A stretch of 64,000 nt of DNA from a bacterium (GTDB taxonomy: Bacteria; Bacillota; Clostridia; Lachnospirales; Lachnospiraceae), in the NCBI GenBank assembly GCA_030539495.1, contig JAUNRX010000004.1, forward strand, positions 8,746-72,745. Direction: 5' to 3'. Under the pieces are notes generated by a model that was not told the origin of the DNA, did no database searches, and saw only the letters and a list, made by a program, of their open reading frames with translations. Below, in pieces: positions 8,398 through 18,936 of this stretch (the stretch's first letter is position 1; the number at the start of each line of letters is the position of its first letter). Made by a program: the position numbers and the translations under genes.

Positions 8398-10127
8398 ATG
8401 TAATCGGCTTCCGAGAAGCTCGCTGTAAGAATTGCTATAAATGTGTTCGTATTTGTGATGTTAAGGCAATCGTTGTAAAAGATCAGCAGGCACAGATCCG
8501 TGATGATCTTTGTATCTTGTGTGGACATTGTCTGGATGCCTGTCCTCAAAATGCTAAGACATTGATCAGTGACCTTGACCGTGTAAAGGAGTTTATACGA
8601 ACAAAGAAGAGAACTGTTATATCGTTAGCACCTTCCTATCTTGGAATTATGAAGTTTGAAAAGATTGGGCAGGTAGTAACGGCGTTAAAGCAACTTGGAT
8701 TTTCTGAAGTAAGGGAAACCTCGGAAGGTGCCGCTTATGTGACAAGGGAGTATGTCAAGCTCTTAAATGAGGGGAAGATGAGAAATATAATAACGACTTG
8801 CTGTCCAAGTGCCAATGACTTGATTGAGATTTATTATCCAAGCCTGACCAAGGATATGGCACCAGTGGTATCTCCTATGGTTGCACATGGAAGGTTGATT
8901 AAAGAACAGCTAGGAGGAGATGTTAAGGTTGTATTCTTAGGTCCCTGCATTGCTAAGAAACGTGAGGCACTTGGGGACGAACGTACCGTAGGTGCCGTGG
9001 ACGCAGTCATTAACTTTACTGAAGTGGAAGAATGGCTGAAGGAAGAGGGAATTGAGATTCCTTCTTTAGGTGAGACAGAGTTTGATAATAAAAATCCAGA
9101 GGTCAACAGGCTGTATCCAATTACAAGTGGCGTATTGTCCTCTGTTGTTGCCTCTTCTTCTAAAGATCATTATCGTAAGTTTTATGTTCATGGATTAAGA
9201 AATTGTATTGAGCTTCTTAAGAGTATGGAAAAGGGAGAGGTAGAAGACTGTTTTATTGAACTGAATGTATGTAATGGTGGCTGTATTAAAGGTCCGGCAG
9301 TAGATACCTCCTATATTTCCCGATTTAAAGTAAAGCTGGATATGGAAGAAACAATTCCTAAAATCCCTGCGAAGGAGACATTTTTTGATCCTGATACCGG
9401 CATTTCCCTTAAGAAGACATTCTTACCTCGAAAGAGTAAGGATCCTATGCCTACGGATGAACAGATTCGTGCCATTTTAAAGAAGATTGGAAAGAGTGAC
9501 CCAAGCCATGAGCTAAATTGTGGTGCATGTGGATATTCTTCTTGTCGAGAAAAGGCCATTGCAGTATTTCAGGGGAAGGCAGAACTTAGTATGTGTATTC
9601 CTTATATGCATGATAAGGCAAGTTCCATGGCAAATGTGGTTATGGATACAACCCCGAATGTTATTATCATGGTGGATTCTGATATGAAGATCGTGGAATA
9701 CAATGCGGCAGCAGAGCGGTATTTTCATTATTCCAAGGAACAGGCATTATCCATGTACCTTTATGAAATCGTAGACCACAGTGATTTTCAATATGTATTA
9801 GATACTAAGTCGAGTATCTTGGGCAAAAAGGTCACTTATAAAGAGTTTGGAGTAACGACACTGCAAAATATCGTATATGTTCCTGATCAAAACAATGTGC
9901 TTGGAATTATGGTAGATATTACAGCAGAAGAGGAAAAAGAATTAAAGGCATATGAAGTGAAAATGGATACCATCGAAATGGCTCAGAAGGTCATTGATAA
10001 ACAGATGATGGTCGCTCAGGAAATCGCAGGATTATTAGGAGAGACTACGGCGGAAACCAAGGTGACATTAACCAAGCTGCGTGATACCATTTTGTACGAT
10101 GGAGAAGAACAGCACGTAGATAAGTAA
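8394..10127 (+). CDS. Putative sensory [FeFe]-hydrogenase with C-terminal PAS domain (HydS/HfsB-like, group C)
   Basis: 2x[4Fe-4S], TTCCPS, GPCIAKKRE, ELNVCNGGC, FeS domain CGACGYSSC, PAS-like region (IIMVDSDMKIVEYNAAAE) and C-terminal QEIAGLLGETTAETK tail. Confidence 0.85.
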   Translation: MNVIGFREARCKNCYKCVRICDVKAIVVKDQQAQIRDDLCILCGHCLDACPQNAKTLISDLDRVKEFIRTKKRTVISLAPSYLGIMKFEKIGQVVTALKQLGFSEVRETSEGAAYVTREYVKLLNEGKMRNIITTCCPSANDLIEIYYPSLTKDMAPVVSPMVAHGRLIKEQLGGDVKVVFLGPCIAKKREALGDERTVGAVDAVINFTEVEEWLKEEGIEIPSLGETEFDNKNPEVNRLYPITSGVLSSVVASSSKDHYRKFYVHGLRNCIELLKSMEKGEVEDCFIELNVCNGGCIKGPAVDTSYISRFKVKLDMEETIPKIPAKETFFDPDTGISLKKTFLPRKSKDPMPTDEQIRAILKKIGKSDPSHELNCGACGYSSCREKAIAVFQGKAELSMCIPYMHDKASSMANVVMDTTPNVIIMVDSDMKIVEYNAAAERYFHYSKEQALSMYLYEIVDHSDFQYVLDTKSSILGKKVTYKEFGVTTLQNIVYVPDQNNVLGIMVDITAEEEKELKAYEVKMDTIEMAQKVIDKQMMVAQEIAGLLGETTAETKVTLTKLRDTILYDGEEQHVDK

Positions 10128-10155
10128 ATTACAGTTGAGAGAGGAATAAGTCGGA

Positions 10156-11328
10156 ATGAGTGTAAATGTTGATATCTCTTATAAAAGCTTAAATAAGCAT
10201 GAGGAAGAGTTATGTGGTGATAAGGTTGAACTGCTTAAGACAGCAGATTCTGATATTATTATTCTTGCAGACGGCATGGGGAGTGGAGTGAAGGCAAATA
10301 TATTAGCAACCTTGACTTCTAAAATCCTTGGGACTATGCTGATTAATGGGGCATCTTTGGAGGATTGTGTGGAAACAATTATTTTAACGCTTCCAGTTTG
10401 TAAAATACGTCAGGTAGCATATTCTACGTTTAGTATTTTACAGATTTATCATTCAGGAGAGGCCTATCTTGTTGAATTTGATAACCCGGGCTGTATCTTT
10501 ATCAGAGAAGGAAAGCTGATTCAAATACCATTTGAAGAACGAGTGATTCATGATAAGAAGATCAGAGAGTATCGTTGCAATGTAAATATAGGAGACTATT
10601 TTCTATTGATGAGTGACGGAGTAGTACATGCAGGAGTCGGAAAATTATTGAATTTTGGATGGTCCTGGGAGCATGTTGCGGAATATGCAGTAAATGCAAC
10701 CAAGACTTGCACTACAGCGGATCGACTGGTTACAGCACTTTCAGATGCCTGTGACGAGCTTTACATGCAGTCTCCGGGAGACGATGCCACAGTGGCAGTT
10801 GCAAAGGTGACCGTTAAGAAAGTAGTAGCACTGCTTACCGGACCTCCCGTTAATCCTGAGGATGACCAAAGGATGATTGAGGAGTTTATGGAGCAGGAAG
10901 GGAAGAAGGTAGTCTGTGGTGGTACGACTGCAAATATCATCTCAAGAGAATTACAGAGAGGAATTACCACTTCATTGGAGTATTTAGATCCAAATGTTCC
11001 GCCAATTGCTCATATTGCGGGAATTGATCTGGTAACAGAAGGGGTTCTGACGCTTACAAAGACTCTTCACTTATTACAGAAATATGCGAATAATGAAGTA
11101 GATGAAGACTTTTTTATTCAGCTGGATCAAAAAAATGGTGCGGCCATGGTTGCCAAGATTATTATCGAGGAGTGCAGTGATTTATATCTTTATGTTGGAC
11201 GTGCTATTAATGTAGCACATCAAAATCCAGAGCTTCCATTTGACCTAAGCATTCGTATGAATTTAGTGCACCAGATTGAGACGGTAGTAAAAAAAATGGG
11301 AAAACAAATTACAATTAAGTATTACTAA
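10156..11328 (+). CDS. PP2C/SpoIIE-family Ser/Thr phosphatase (HfsC-like)
   Basis: ADGMGSG, MSDGVVHAG, GDDATV motifs; follows the PAS hydrogenase. Confidence 0.88.
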   Translation: MSVNVDISYKSLNKHEEELCGDKVELLKTADSDIIILADGMGSGVKANILATLTSKILGTMLINGASLEDCVETIILTLPVCKIRQVAYSTFSILQIYHSGEAYLVEFDNPGCIFIREGKLIQIPFEERVIHDKKIREYRCNVNIGDYFLLMSDGVVHAGVGKLLNFGWSWEHVAEYAVNATKTCTTADRLVTALSDACDELYMQSPGDDATVAVAKVTVKKVVALLTGPPVNPEDDQRMIEEFMEQEGKKVVCGGTTANIISRELQRGITTSLEYLDPNVPPIAHIAGIDLVTEGVLTLTKTLHLLQKYANNEVDEDFFIQLDQKNGAAMVAKIIIEECSDLYLYVGRAINVAHQNPELPFDLSIRMNLVHQIETVVKKMGKQITIKYY

Positions 11329-11341
11329 TGGAGGAAAAGAC

Positions 11342-12799
11342 ATGTTAGAAGAAAATGCAAAGCTAGGTAATATTAAACATGAGGTACTTTATCAAGTAGC
11401 AAAGGCGGCATTCGCAGAGAAACTTGAGGAAGTAAGGGATCGAATTCCATTTGAAATGATTGAAGGACCTCAAGCAAATTTTAGATGTTGTATTTATAGA
11501 GAAAGAGAGATTATTAGACAGAGAGTTCGATTGGCAGAAGGAAAGCCAACAAATGAGAGCTTGGGTGATGAGAATATCATTCAAGTAATCAACTCTGCCT
11601 GTGAAGGCTGTCCAATCACCAGATTTACTGTAACGGATAACTGCCAGAAATGTATTAGTAAGAAGTGTCAGCAGGCATGCAAGTTTGGAGCCATTTCTAT
11701 GACAAAGGATCGTGCTTATATTGATCCTTCCAAATGTAAAGAGTGTGGAAAGTGTTCGGAAGCCTGTCCTTATAATGCAATTGCAGACTTACAGAGACCA
11801 TGTAAAAAGGCTTGTCCAGTGGATGCGATTTCATGGGATGAATATAAGATTATACATATTGATAAAGAAAAGTGCATAACCTGCGGTAAGTGTATTATCA
11901 GCTGTCCATTTGGTGCCATTGGAGATCGCTCTTTTATTGTGGACGTAATTAATCTGATTAATTCAGGAAGACCAGTGTATGCTTGCGTTGCACCAGCAAT
12001 TGAAGGACAGTTTGGCAAGGACGTAATCATTGGAGTTCTTCATGAAGCAATTATGGCGTTAGGGTTTAAAGATATGTACGAAGTAGCCTTAGGTGCTGAC
12101 TTGGTTGCAGAGTCTGAAGCAAAAGAGTGGATGGAAGCATATGAACAAGGAAAGAAGATGACGACATCGTGTTGTCCAGCATTTGTGAATATGATTAAGA
12201 AACATTATCCACAATTAATAGAGAATGTGTCGACTACAGTTTCCCCAATGGCAGCAACGGCGCGTTATATTAAAAATCTTGACCCAGATGCAGTGGTAGT
12301 ATTTATTGGGCCATGCATTGCTAAGAAGGGTGAAGTATTAGATAGTGTAGCAGATACTACTTCAGATTATGCATTAACATTTGAAGAGCTAAATGCAATG
12401 TTCCGCGCAAAGGAAATCGATTTATCAACCTTTAAGGGCGAGCTACAGCAGGGAAGTATCTACGGCAAACGTTTTTCTCAATCTGGCGGGGTAACGGCGG
12501 CAGTTCTTGAGGCATTAAAGGAATTAAATGAGGATACGGATGTTAAAGTTAAGCAGTGTAATGGTGCAGCAGAATGTAAGAAAGGGCTATTATTAATGAA
12601 GATTGGAAGGCTTCCAGAAGACTTTATCGAAGGCATGGCTTGCGAGGGCGGCTGTATGAAAGGTCCTGGTAACTTATCCTGTGATTTGATGACTGCGAAA
12701 AATAGAGAGACATTGCTTGGTGGAGCAGATTCTCGTAGCATTACAGAAAATATCAAACAGCAGAATGCTCAGTTAGTCGAAATGCATCGACACAAATAG
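11342..12799 (+). CDS. Monomeric [FeFe]-hydrogenase (group B, HfsD-like)
   Basis: Multiple ferredoxin motifs; TSCCPAF, GPCIAKKGE, EGMACEGGC H-cluster motifs. Confidence 0.85.
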   Translation: MLEENAKLGNIKHEVLYQVAKAAFAEKLEEVRDRIPFEMIEGPQANFRCCIYREREIIRQRVRLAEGKPTNESLGDENIIQVINSACEGCPITRFTVTDNCQKCISKKCQQACKFGAISMTKDRAYIDPSKCKECGKCSEACPYNAIADLQRPCKKACPVDAISWDEYKIIHIDKEKCITCGKCIISCPFGAIGDRSFIVDVINLINSGRPVYACVAPAIEGQFGKDVIIGVLHEAIMALGFKDMYEVALGADLVAESEAKEWMEAYEQGKKMTTSCCPAFVNMIKKHYPQLIENVSTTVSPMAATARYIKNLDPDAVVVFIGPCIAKKGEVLDSVADTTSDYALTFEELNAMFRAKEIDLSTFKGELQQGSIYGKRFSQSGGVTAAVLEALKELNEDTDVKVKQCNGAAECKKGLLLMKIGRLPEDFIEGMACEGGCMKGPGNLSCDLMTAKNRETLLGGADSRSITENIKQQNAQLVEMHRHK

Positions 12800-12885
12800 A
12801 GTCATCTGTATTAGCCGTATGTTTTTTTGCTTAATTATGGTACACTAGGGGTAAACTGTATCATTCGGGTAAAGGAGATGTATGA

Positions 12886-14388
<1,503 letters not shown>

Positions 14389-14397
14389 GATATTAAG

Positions 14398-14443
14398 AAG
14401 AACCCTCATGTGTTGCTTTTTTTAGCAATACATGAGGGTTCTT
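14398..14443. terminator. Bidirectional intrinsic terminator between glpK and the convergent gene
   Basis: AAGAACCCTCATGTGTTGCT / AGCAATACATGAGGGTTCTT inverted repeat (one G-T pair). Confidence 0.8.
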
Positions 14444-15412
14444 TTAATCATTAACCTTTGAGACACCCCAGATAATGGTGGAGGAGATACCACAAAGAAT
14501 ACCTGCAACAGCATATATGATGCCGGCACTTTCCCAGTGGTCATAGTAAAAGCCAACAATTAAAAAGATTACTGTGGCAATCATTAAGATTACGCTATTG
14601 ACCATGCCGTAAATCCGTTCCACTCTTCGTTGCTGTCGCGTCTTATTGGCATTCTTAAGTAGTGTTTCATAAGGGGCATTTTGACACCCGGAGAATACAA
14701 ATAAAAAGACAGCAATGCTTATAATGAGTAGAAAAGGTACAACAGGAAGGGAACTATGGTCGGTAAAGATGGGTTCAGTTATAAAGATAGAAATTGGAGA
14801 TAGAATACATAAAACGACACCGATAATAGTCAGTACAGTATGCCGATTTTGATGTTGTTTTTGTTCTGTCATTAAATATTGTTTGGTAGGAGAGTCAAGG
14901 CGAATTCCGTGCTCAATAAATTGGTATTCTTTTGTTAAGGAACCGGAGTAGATAAACAGGGCAACCGCACAGGCAACTAATACAAATAAACTAAGATAGG
15001 AGAGCATGCTGTCTCCATCAGAGTCAGTCAGTACGGTTAACACTTTGTCTTCTGCAAGTCCATTAAATAGGCAGACGAATGTCGCACCTAAAATACATAA
15101 GATAACGCCAATCGAAATTAAAATACTAGTTTTCTTTTTTACGGTTATGTAGGATTTCACCTGTTCAAGACTGATACTAGGTGTGGAGGTTTCTTCAACA
15201 AGAGAGACTCCAAGTTCTTGCAGCTGTTTGTCAATATTACCAAATTCGGCAATCACTTTAGCCACAGCTTCATTCTCGGAGTAGCCTTGATTCTTTAGTT
15301 CTTTATATTTATGCATCATATGTTTTGTAATGTTTTCTTTTGTTTGCAATACGTTCTCTGTCTTTGGAAGGTGATGAAACACACTTTCTACATAGGCTTG
15401 AATCGTTTCCAT
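14444..15412 (-). CDS. Membrane protein with N-terminal 'permease prefix'-type soluble domain
   Basis: METIQAYVESVF...HKYKELKNQGYSENEAVAKVIAEFGNI pattern followed by about 6 hydrophobic segments; start at 15412 or GTG 15424. Confidence 0.7.
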   Translation of the reverse strand: METIQAYVESVFHHLPKTENVLQTKENITKHMMHKYKELKNQGYSENEAVAKVIAEFGNIDKQLQELGVSLVEETSTPSISLEQVKSYITVKKKTSILISIGVILCILGATFVCLFNGLAEDKVLTVLTDSDGDSMLSYLSLFVLVACAVALFIYSGSLTKEYQFIEHGIRLDSPTKQYLMTEQKQHQNRHTVLTIIGVVLCILSPISIFITEPIFTDHSSLPVVPFLLIISIAVFLFVFSGCQNAPYETLLKNANKTRQQRRVERIYGMVNSVILMIATVIFLIVGFYYDHWESAGIIYAVAGILCGISSTIIWGVSKVND

Positions 15413-15740
15413 ACTTATACACACTCCTTAATAAGATGGTTCATAAATTGTTATTGTTCAGTTCTCTAGTTGTATTACAAGTAAAGTATACAACAAAAAC
15501 AAATGGTTGCAAATGTAAATAGCTACGTTCAATAACAGATTTATTAGGATTGGTAAAGTACTAGTTTGTAAAAAAGTGGTTATATTCATAAAAAGGACAG
15601 AGAAATTAATTTCCTTAAGTGAAAAACTGTCATAAGCCTTGTAATAACAGAGTTTTATGGTAAAATGGAAATATTCATTAACAAGTAAAAGATCGAATAT
15701 TCGTGGATTACTTGAATTTAGATAGGTAAGGAGATTTATC

Positions 15741-17135
15741 ATGGAATTAGTAACGATACGCGACCTATATCGTAATAAAGAAACTTATGTTGGAAAGACT
15801 ATCTCCATCGGAGGTTGGGTAAGAAGTAATAGAGATCAAAAAGCATTTGGCTTTATCGTAGTAAACGATGGCAGCTTCTTTGAGACTTTACAAGTAGTTT
15901 ATAGTGCAGATAAACTTGAAAACTTCGCTGAAATTGCAAAATTAAACATTGGATCTGCAGTAGTTGTAAAAGGACAATTAGTTGCAACTCCTAATGCAAA
16001 ACAACCATTTGAAATTCAAGCAGAAGAAGTATTAGTAGAAGGTATGTCTACAAGTGATTACCCACTACAAAAGAAACGTCATACATTAGAATACTTACGT
16101 ACAATCACTCATTTACGTCCTAGAACAAATACGTTCCAAGCAGTATTCAGAGTACGTTCTTTAATCGCTTATGCAATTCATCAATATTTCCAAGAAAGAA
16201 ACTTTGTATATGTTCATACTCCATTAATCACAGGTAGTGACTGTGAAGGTGCTGGTGAAATGTTCAGAGTAACAACTCTTGATCTTAATAATGTACCAAA
16301 AACAGAAGAAGGTGCCGTTGATGTTAAACAAGACTTCTTCGGTAAAGAAACAAACCTTACAGTAAGTGGTCAGTTAAATGGTGAAACATATGCTTGTGCA
16401 TTCCGTAACATCTATACATTCGGACCTACATTTAGAGCAGAAAACTCTAATACAACTCGTCATGCAGCAGAATTCTGGATGATCGAGCCTGAAATCGCAT
16501 TTGCTGATTTACAAGATGACATGATTTTAGCAGAGGGAATGCTTAAATATGTAATTAAGTACGTACTTGAAAATGCTCCTGAAGAAATGAACTTCTTCAA
16601 CCAATTCGTTGACAAAGGATTACTTGAACGTCTTAATAACGTAGCTGCAGCTGATTTCGGACGTGTTACTTACACTGAAGCAATCGAAATCCTTGAAAAA
16701 GTAAACGATCGTTTCGATTACAAAGTAAGCTGGGGATGTGACCTTCAAACAGAACATGAACGTTACTTAACAGAAGAAGTATTCAAGAAACCTGTTTTCG
16801 TAACAGATTACCCTAAAGATATTAAAGCATTCTACATGAAGATGAATGATGATAATAAAACAGTTGCTGCAATGGATTTATTAGTTCCTGGAATTGGTGA
16901 AATCATCGGCGGTAGCCAAAGAGAAGATGATTACGACAAGTTAGTTGCTCGTATGAATGAATTAGGATTAAAAGAAGAAGATTACGATTTCTATCTTGAT
17001 CTTCGTAAATACGGTTCCGTTCGCCATGCTGGTTTCGGTCTTGGTTTCGAACGTTGTGTAATGTACCTTACTGGTATGGGTAACATCAGAGACGTTATTC
17101 CATTCCCTCGTACTGTTAACAACTGCGAACTTTAA
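15741..17135 (+). CDS. asnS: Asparagine--tRNA ligase
   Basis: OB-fold N-terminus, [42 protein letters not shown]; highly expressed codon usage. Confidence 0.97.
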   Translation: MELVTIRDLYRNKETYVGKTISIGGWVRSNRDQKAFGFIVVNDGSFFETLQVVYSADKLENFAEIAKLNIGSAVVVKGQLVATPNAKQPFEIQAEEVLVEGMSTSDYPLQKKRHTLEYLRTITHLRPRTNTFQAVFRVRSLIAYAIHQYFQERNFVYVHTPLITGSDCEGAGEMFRVTTLDLNNVPKTEEGAVDVKQDFFGKETNLTVSGQLNGETYACAFRNIYTFGPTFRAENSNTTRHAAEFWMIEPEIAFADLQDDMILAEGMLKYVIKYVLENAPEEMNFFNQFVDKGLLERLNNVAAADFGRVTYTEAIEILEKVNDRFDYKVSWGCDLQTEHERYLTEEVFKKPVFVTDYPKDIKAFYMKMNDDNKTVAAMDLLVPGIGEIIGGSQREDDYDKLVARMNELGLKEEDYDFYLDLRKYGSVRHAGFGLGFERCVMYLTGMGNIRDVIPFPRTVNNCEL

Positions 17136-17262
17136 TTCGCCGAGGACGGCGAATTTGGATGAAATGGGATTTCATCCAGTGCTGAAGGTAATGAAAGAGG
17201 CAGTGTCACGCTTTGCGTGATACTGCCTCTTTCCCTTTTTCGGGAAGTGAATTCCCGAAAAA
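17136..17262. repeat. Chain of four adjacent hairpins behind the asnS stop
   Basis: TTCGCC-GAGGAC-GGCGAA; TGGATGAAAT-GGG-ATTTCATCCA; GAAAGAGGCAGTGTCACGC-TTT-GCGTGATACTGCCTCTTTC; TTTTTCGGGAA-GTGAA-TTCCCGAAAAA. Confidence 0.8.
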
Positions 17263-17339
17263 GGATTCCAAAGGACACCGATGGTTTCCATACCTTCCCC
17301 CAAGCAGGGCGCTGTCAGTGAGGTAAGCGGACGTTGGAG

Positions 17340-17531
17340 AAAAGAACGGAGCACCTGAAGGTTCTCCGGACCACTCCAAGTTGGCTGACGGAAGGTTATG
17401 AAACGTTATGACAGGCCTAAAGTACGGGCCTTTCATAACGAGCTTTGATGTTTGGAAAAGAACGGAGCACCTAAAAGGTTCTCCGGACCACTCCAAGTTG
17501 AATGACAGTAGGTTGTGAAGCATTATGTACA
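17340..17531. repeat. Two-copy direct repeat (about 75 bp unit, 44-45 bp near-identical core)
   Basis: AAAAGAACGGAGCACCTG-AAGGTTCTCCGGACCACTCCAAGTTG at 17340 and AAAAGAACGGAGCACCTAAAAGGTTCTCCGGACCACTCCAAGTTG at 17456, with similarity continuing about 30 nt further. Confidence 0.9.
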
Positions 17532-17532
17532 T

Positions 17533-17560
17533 AAAAAAGGCTGCCACAGTTGTGACAGCC
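17533..17560 (-). terminator. Intrinsic terminator of queT
   Basis: Minus strand GGCTGTCACA-AC-TGTGGCAGCC followed by TTTTTT. Confidence 0.75.
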
Positions 17561-17573
17561 GAAATAGTTATTA

Positions 17574-18068
17574 TTAATTTGATTTAAAGATGACTTTTTT
17601 GTAAGGTAATAATGCAAGTAATAGCATTGTTCCTAGAATTCCTGCAGAGATTACTTCTCCGGCACCTACTGTTGCCATTAGGTATGGAATTGAATCTTTT
17701 ACATCCACGTATGCTGCTTTTAGTACGAATGGTACGATAATAGTGTTCGCTAAAATTGGTGGTAATACCACTAGATATTTATAGCGACGTAAGTAGTAAC
17801 TTCCTAAGGCTCCAAGTAGGGTTGCTAGTGTTCCGAAGATAATATCTAGGGCAGCACATCCTGTTAAGAAATTGCTTAAGAAGCAGCCAACTGCTAAGCC
17901 TGGGATAGCGGCAGGTGTAAAGAATGGTAAGATTGTTAATGCTTCGGATACTCTTACTTGAATAGCACCATTTGCTAAGCCGAATAAGTTAGAAAGGTGC
18001 GTTAAGATTACGTACAGTGCTGCGATCATGGCAGCTTGTGTTAAGTATAAAACACGTTTGTTTGTCAT
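17574..18068 (-). CDS. queT: QueT-family queuosine precursor transporter (ECF S-component)
   Basis: AAMIAALYVILT, IQVRVSEALTILPFF, GCFLSN motifs; preQ1 riboswitch directly upstream. Confidence 0.88.
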   Translation of the reverse strand: MTNKRVLYLTQAAMIAALYVILTHLSNLFGLANGAIQVRVSEALTILPFFTPAAIPGLAVGCFLSNFLTGCAALDIIFGTLATLLGALGSYYLRRYKYLVVLPPILANTIIVPFVLKAAYVDVKDSIPYLMATVGAGEVISAGILGTMLLLALLPYKKVIFKSN

Positions 18069-18082
18069 ATAAAATTCACTCC

Positions 18083-18124
18083 TATAGTTTTGTTTTACGA
18101 GTGGAAGGTTGCGAACACTCGAAC
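18083..18124 (-). ncRNA. preQ1 class I riboswitch (translational)
   Basis: Minus strand CGAGTG-TTCGCAACCTTC-CACTCG-TAAAACAAAACTA immediately followed by SD TAGGAG; P1 stem, UUCG..ACC loop and A-rich tail match the preQ1-I consensus. Confidence 0.9.
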
Positions 18125-18130
18125 TTAATG

Positions 18131-18158
18131 ATTATATCACAAATACGGAATTTGTAAA
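18131..18158 (-). promoter_or_regulatory. sigma-A promoter for queT
   Basis: TTTACA-N16-TATAAT with extended -10 TG; predicted start falls at the 5' end of the riboswitch. Confidence 0.7.
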
Positions 18159-18480
18159 GAGAGGAATGGAAGGGACAAGGTGTAATAAATCAGTCGGTAT
18201 TCGGAAAAACTACACTTGTATGTAGATTGAGGTTTTTCTAAGAAATAGTATATAATTAAGACAGAACGAAGATGTATTTTTCAAATGAAAAATATGCGAG
18301 TGTCTACAAAACAGCACGGGAAGGAATGTTAACATATCACAAATGCAGCAACCTTCTTAAATCCTTATATTTTATGTATGCTTTGTCAGGAAAGCAGTAC
18401 ATAATACGGTAAAGAAAAAATGACTAGTATGTCAAATTGGTACCTCCAATAAGTATTGTTCCGTTGTCTGTTTTATTAAT

Positions 18481-18506
18481 GATTTTCTGTAAATTGTCAG
18501 AAAATT
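18481..18506. promoter_or_regulatory. Two overlapping CodY-box-like motifs
   Basis: GATTTTCTGTAAATT (18481-18495, 2 mismatches) and AATTGTCAGAAAATT (18492-18506, 1 mismatch) versus AATTTTCWGAAAATT. Confidence 0.5.
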
Positions 18507-18631
18507 TGATAAGAAAAGCTGCCAGACTTATATAAGTTTGACAGCTTTTCTTCCTATTATAATAGGAGCTTATTTTGACGTTTTTTTACGTTATAGGAAA
18601 TTACATCACAATCCACTATAAAGTAAAAAAA

Positions 18632-18705
18632 GCACCTTGAGAAATGGTGCACGATACACATTCAACTGAAAGGAGTATGTCGCTAACGCGATTAGCTTCG
18701 GCGCG
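18632..18705 (+). repeat. Dispersed repeat family 1, copy C
   Basis: GCACC/GGTGC hairpin, core CACATTCAACTGAAAGGA (18657-18674), then GTATGTCGCTAACGCGATTAGCTTCGGCGCG, 25/31 identical to 62627-62657. Confidence 0.8.
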
Positions 18706-18936
18706 GGCAAAGTATCTTCGACCTGAAGGTTTTGTCCCTTCATGAATGTGGGCAGGGAAGTTGAAGTGTCGAAGACACTTTGTTCTAGGATTTCTTCTTA
18801 TGACGTTTTGTGCTTAAAAACGTCATAATTCTGCCTAGTGTTAAGGCCCTCTTTATGATATACTTTTATATAATAATAGCTTGTCAACAGGATGCGATGG
18901 AAATCGGAGATAGAAACGTGTAGGAGGGTACACAGG

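Noticed and set aside
15425-15740. T-box riboswitch upstream of asnS
   Set aside because: No T-box consensus (GGTGGNACCGCG) or terminator is present, and the leader after the likely promoter is under 80 nt.
17340-17531. Possible mini-CRISPR array
   Set aside because: Only two units, similarity extends about 75 bp so there is no unique spacer, and no cas genes or leader are present.
17206-17547. 113-aa minus-strand ORF with a repeated NLEWSGEP peptide (and the overlapping 60-aa ORF)
   Set aside because: The peptide repeat simply reflects the DNA tandem repeat. The ORF starts inside the queT terminator region with no SD and runs through GC-rich hairpins, so it is probably spurious.
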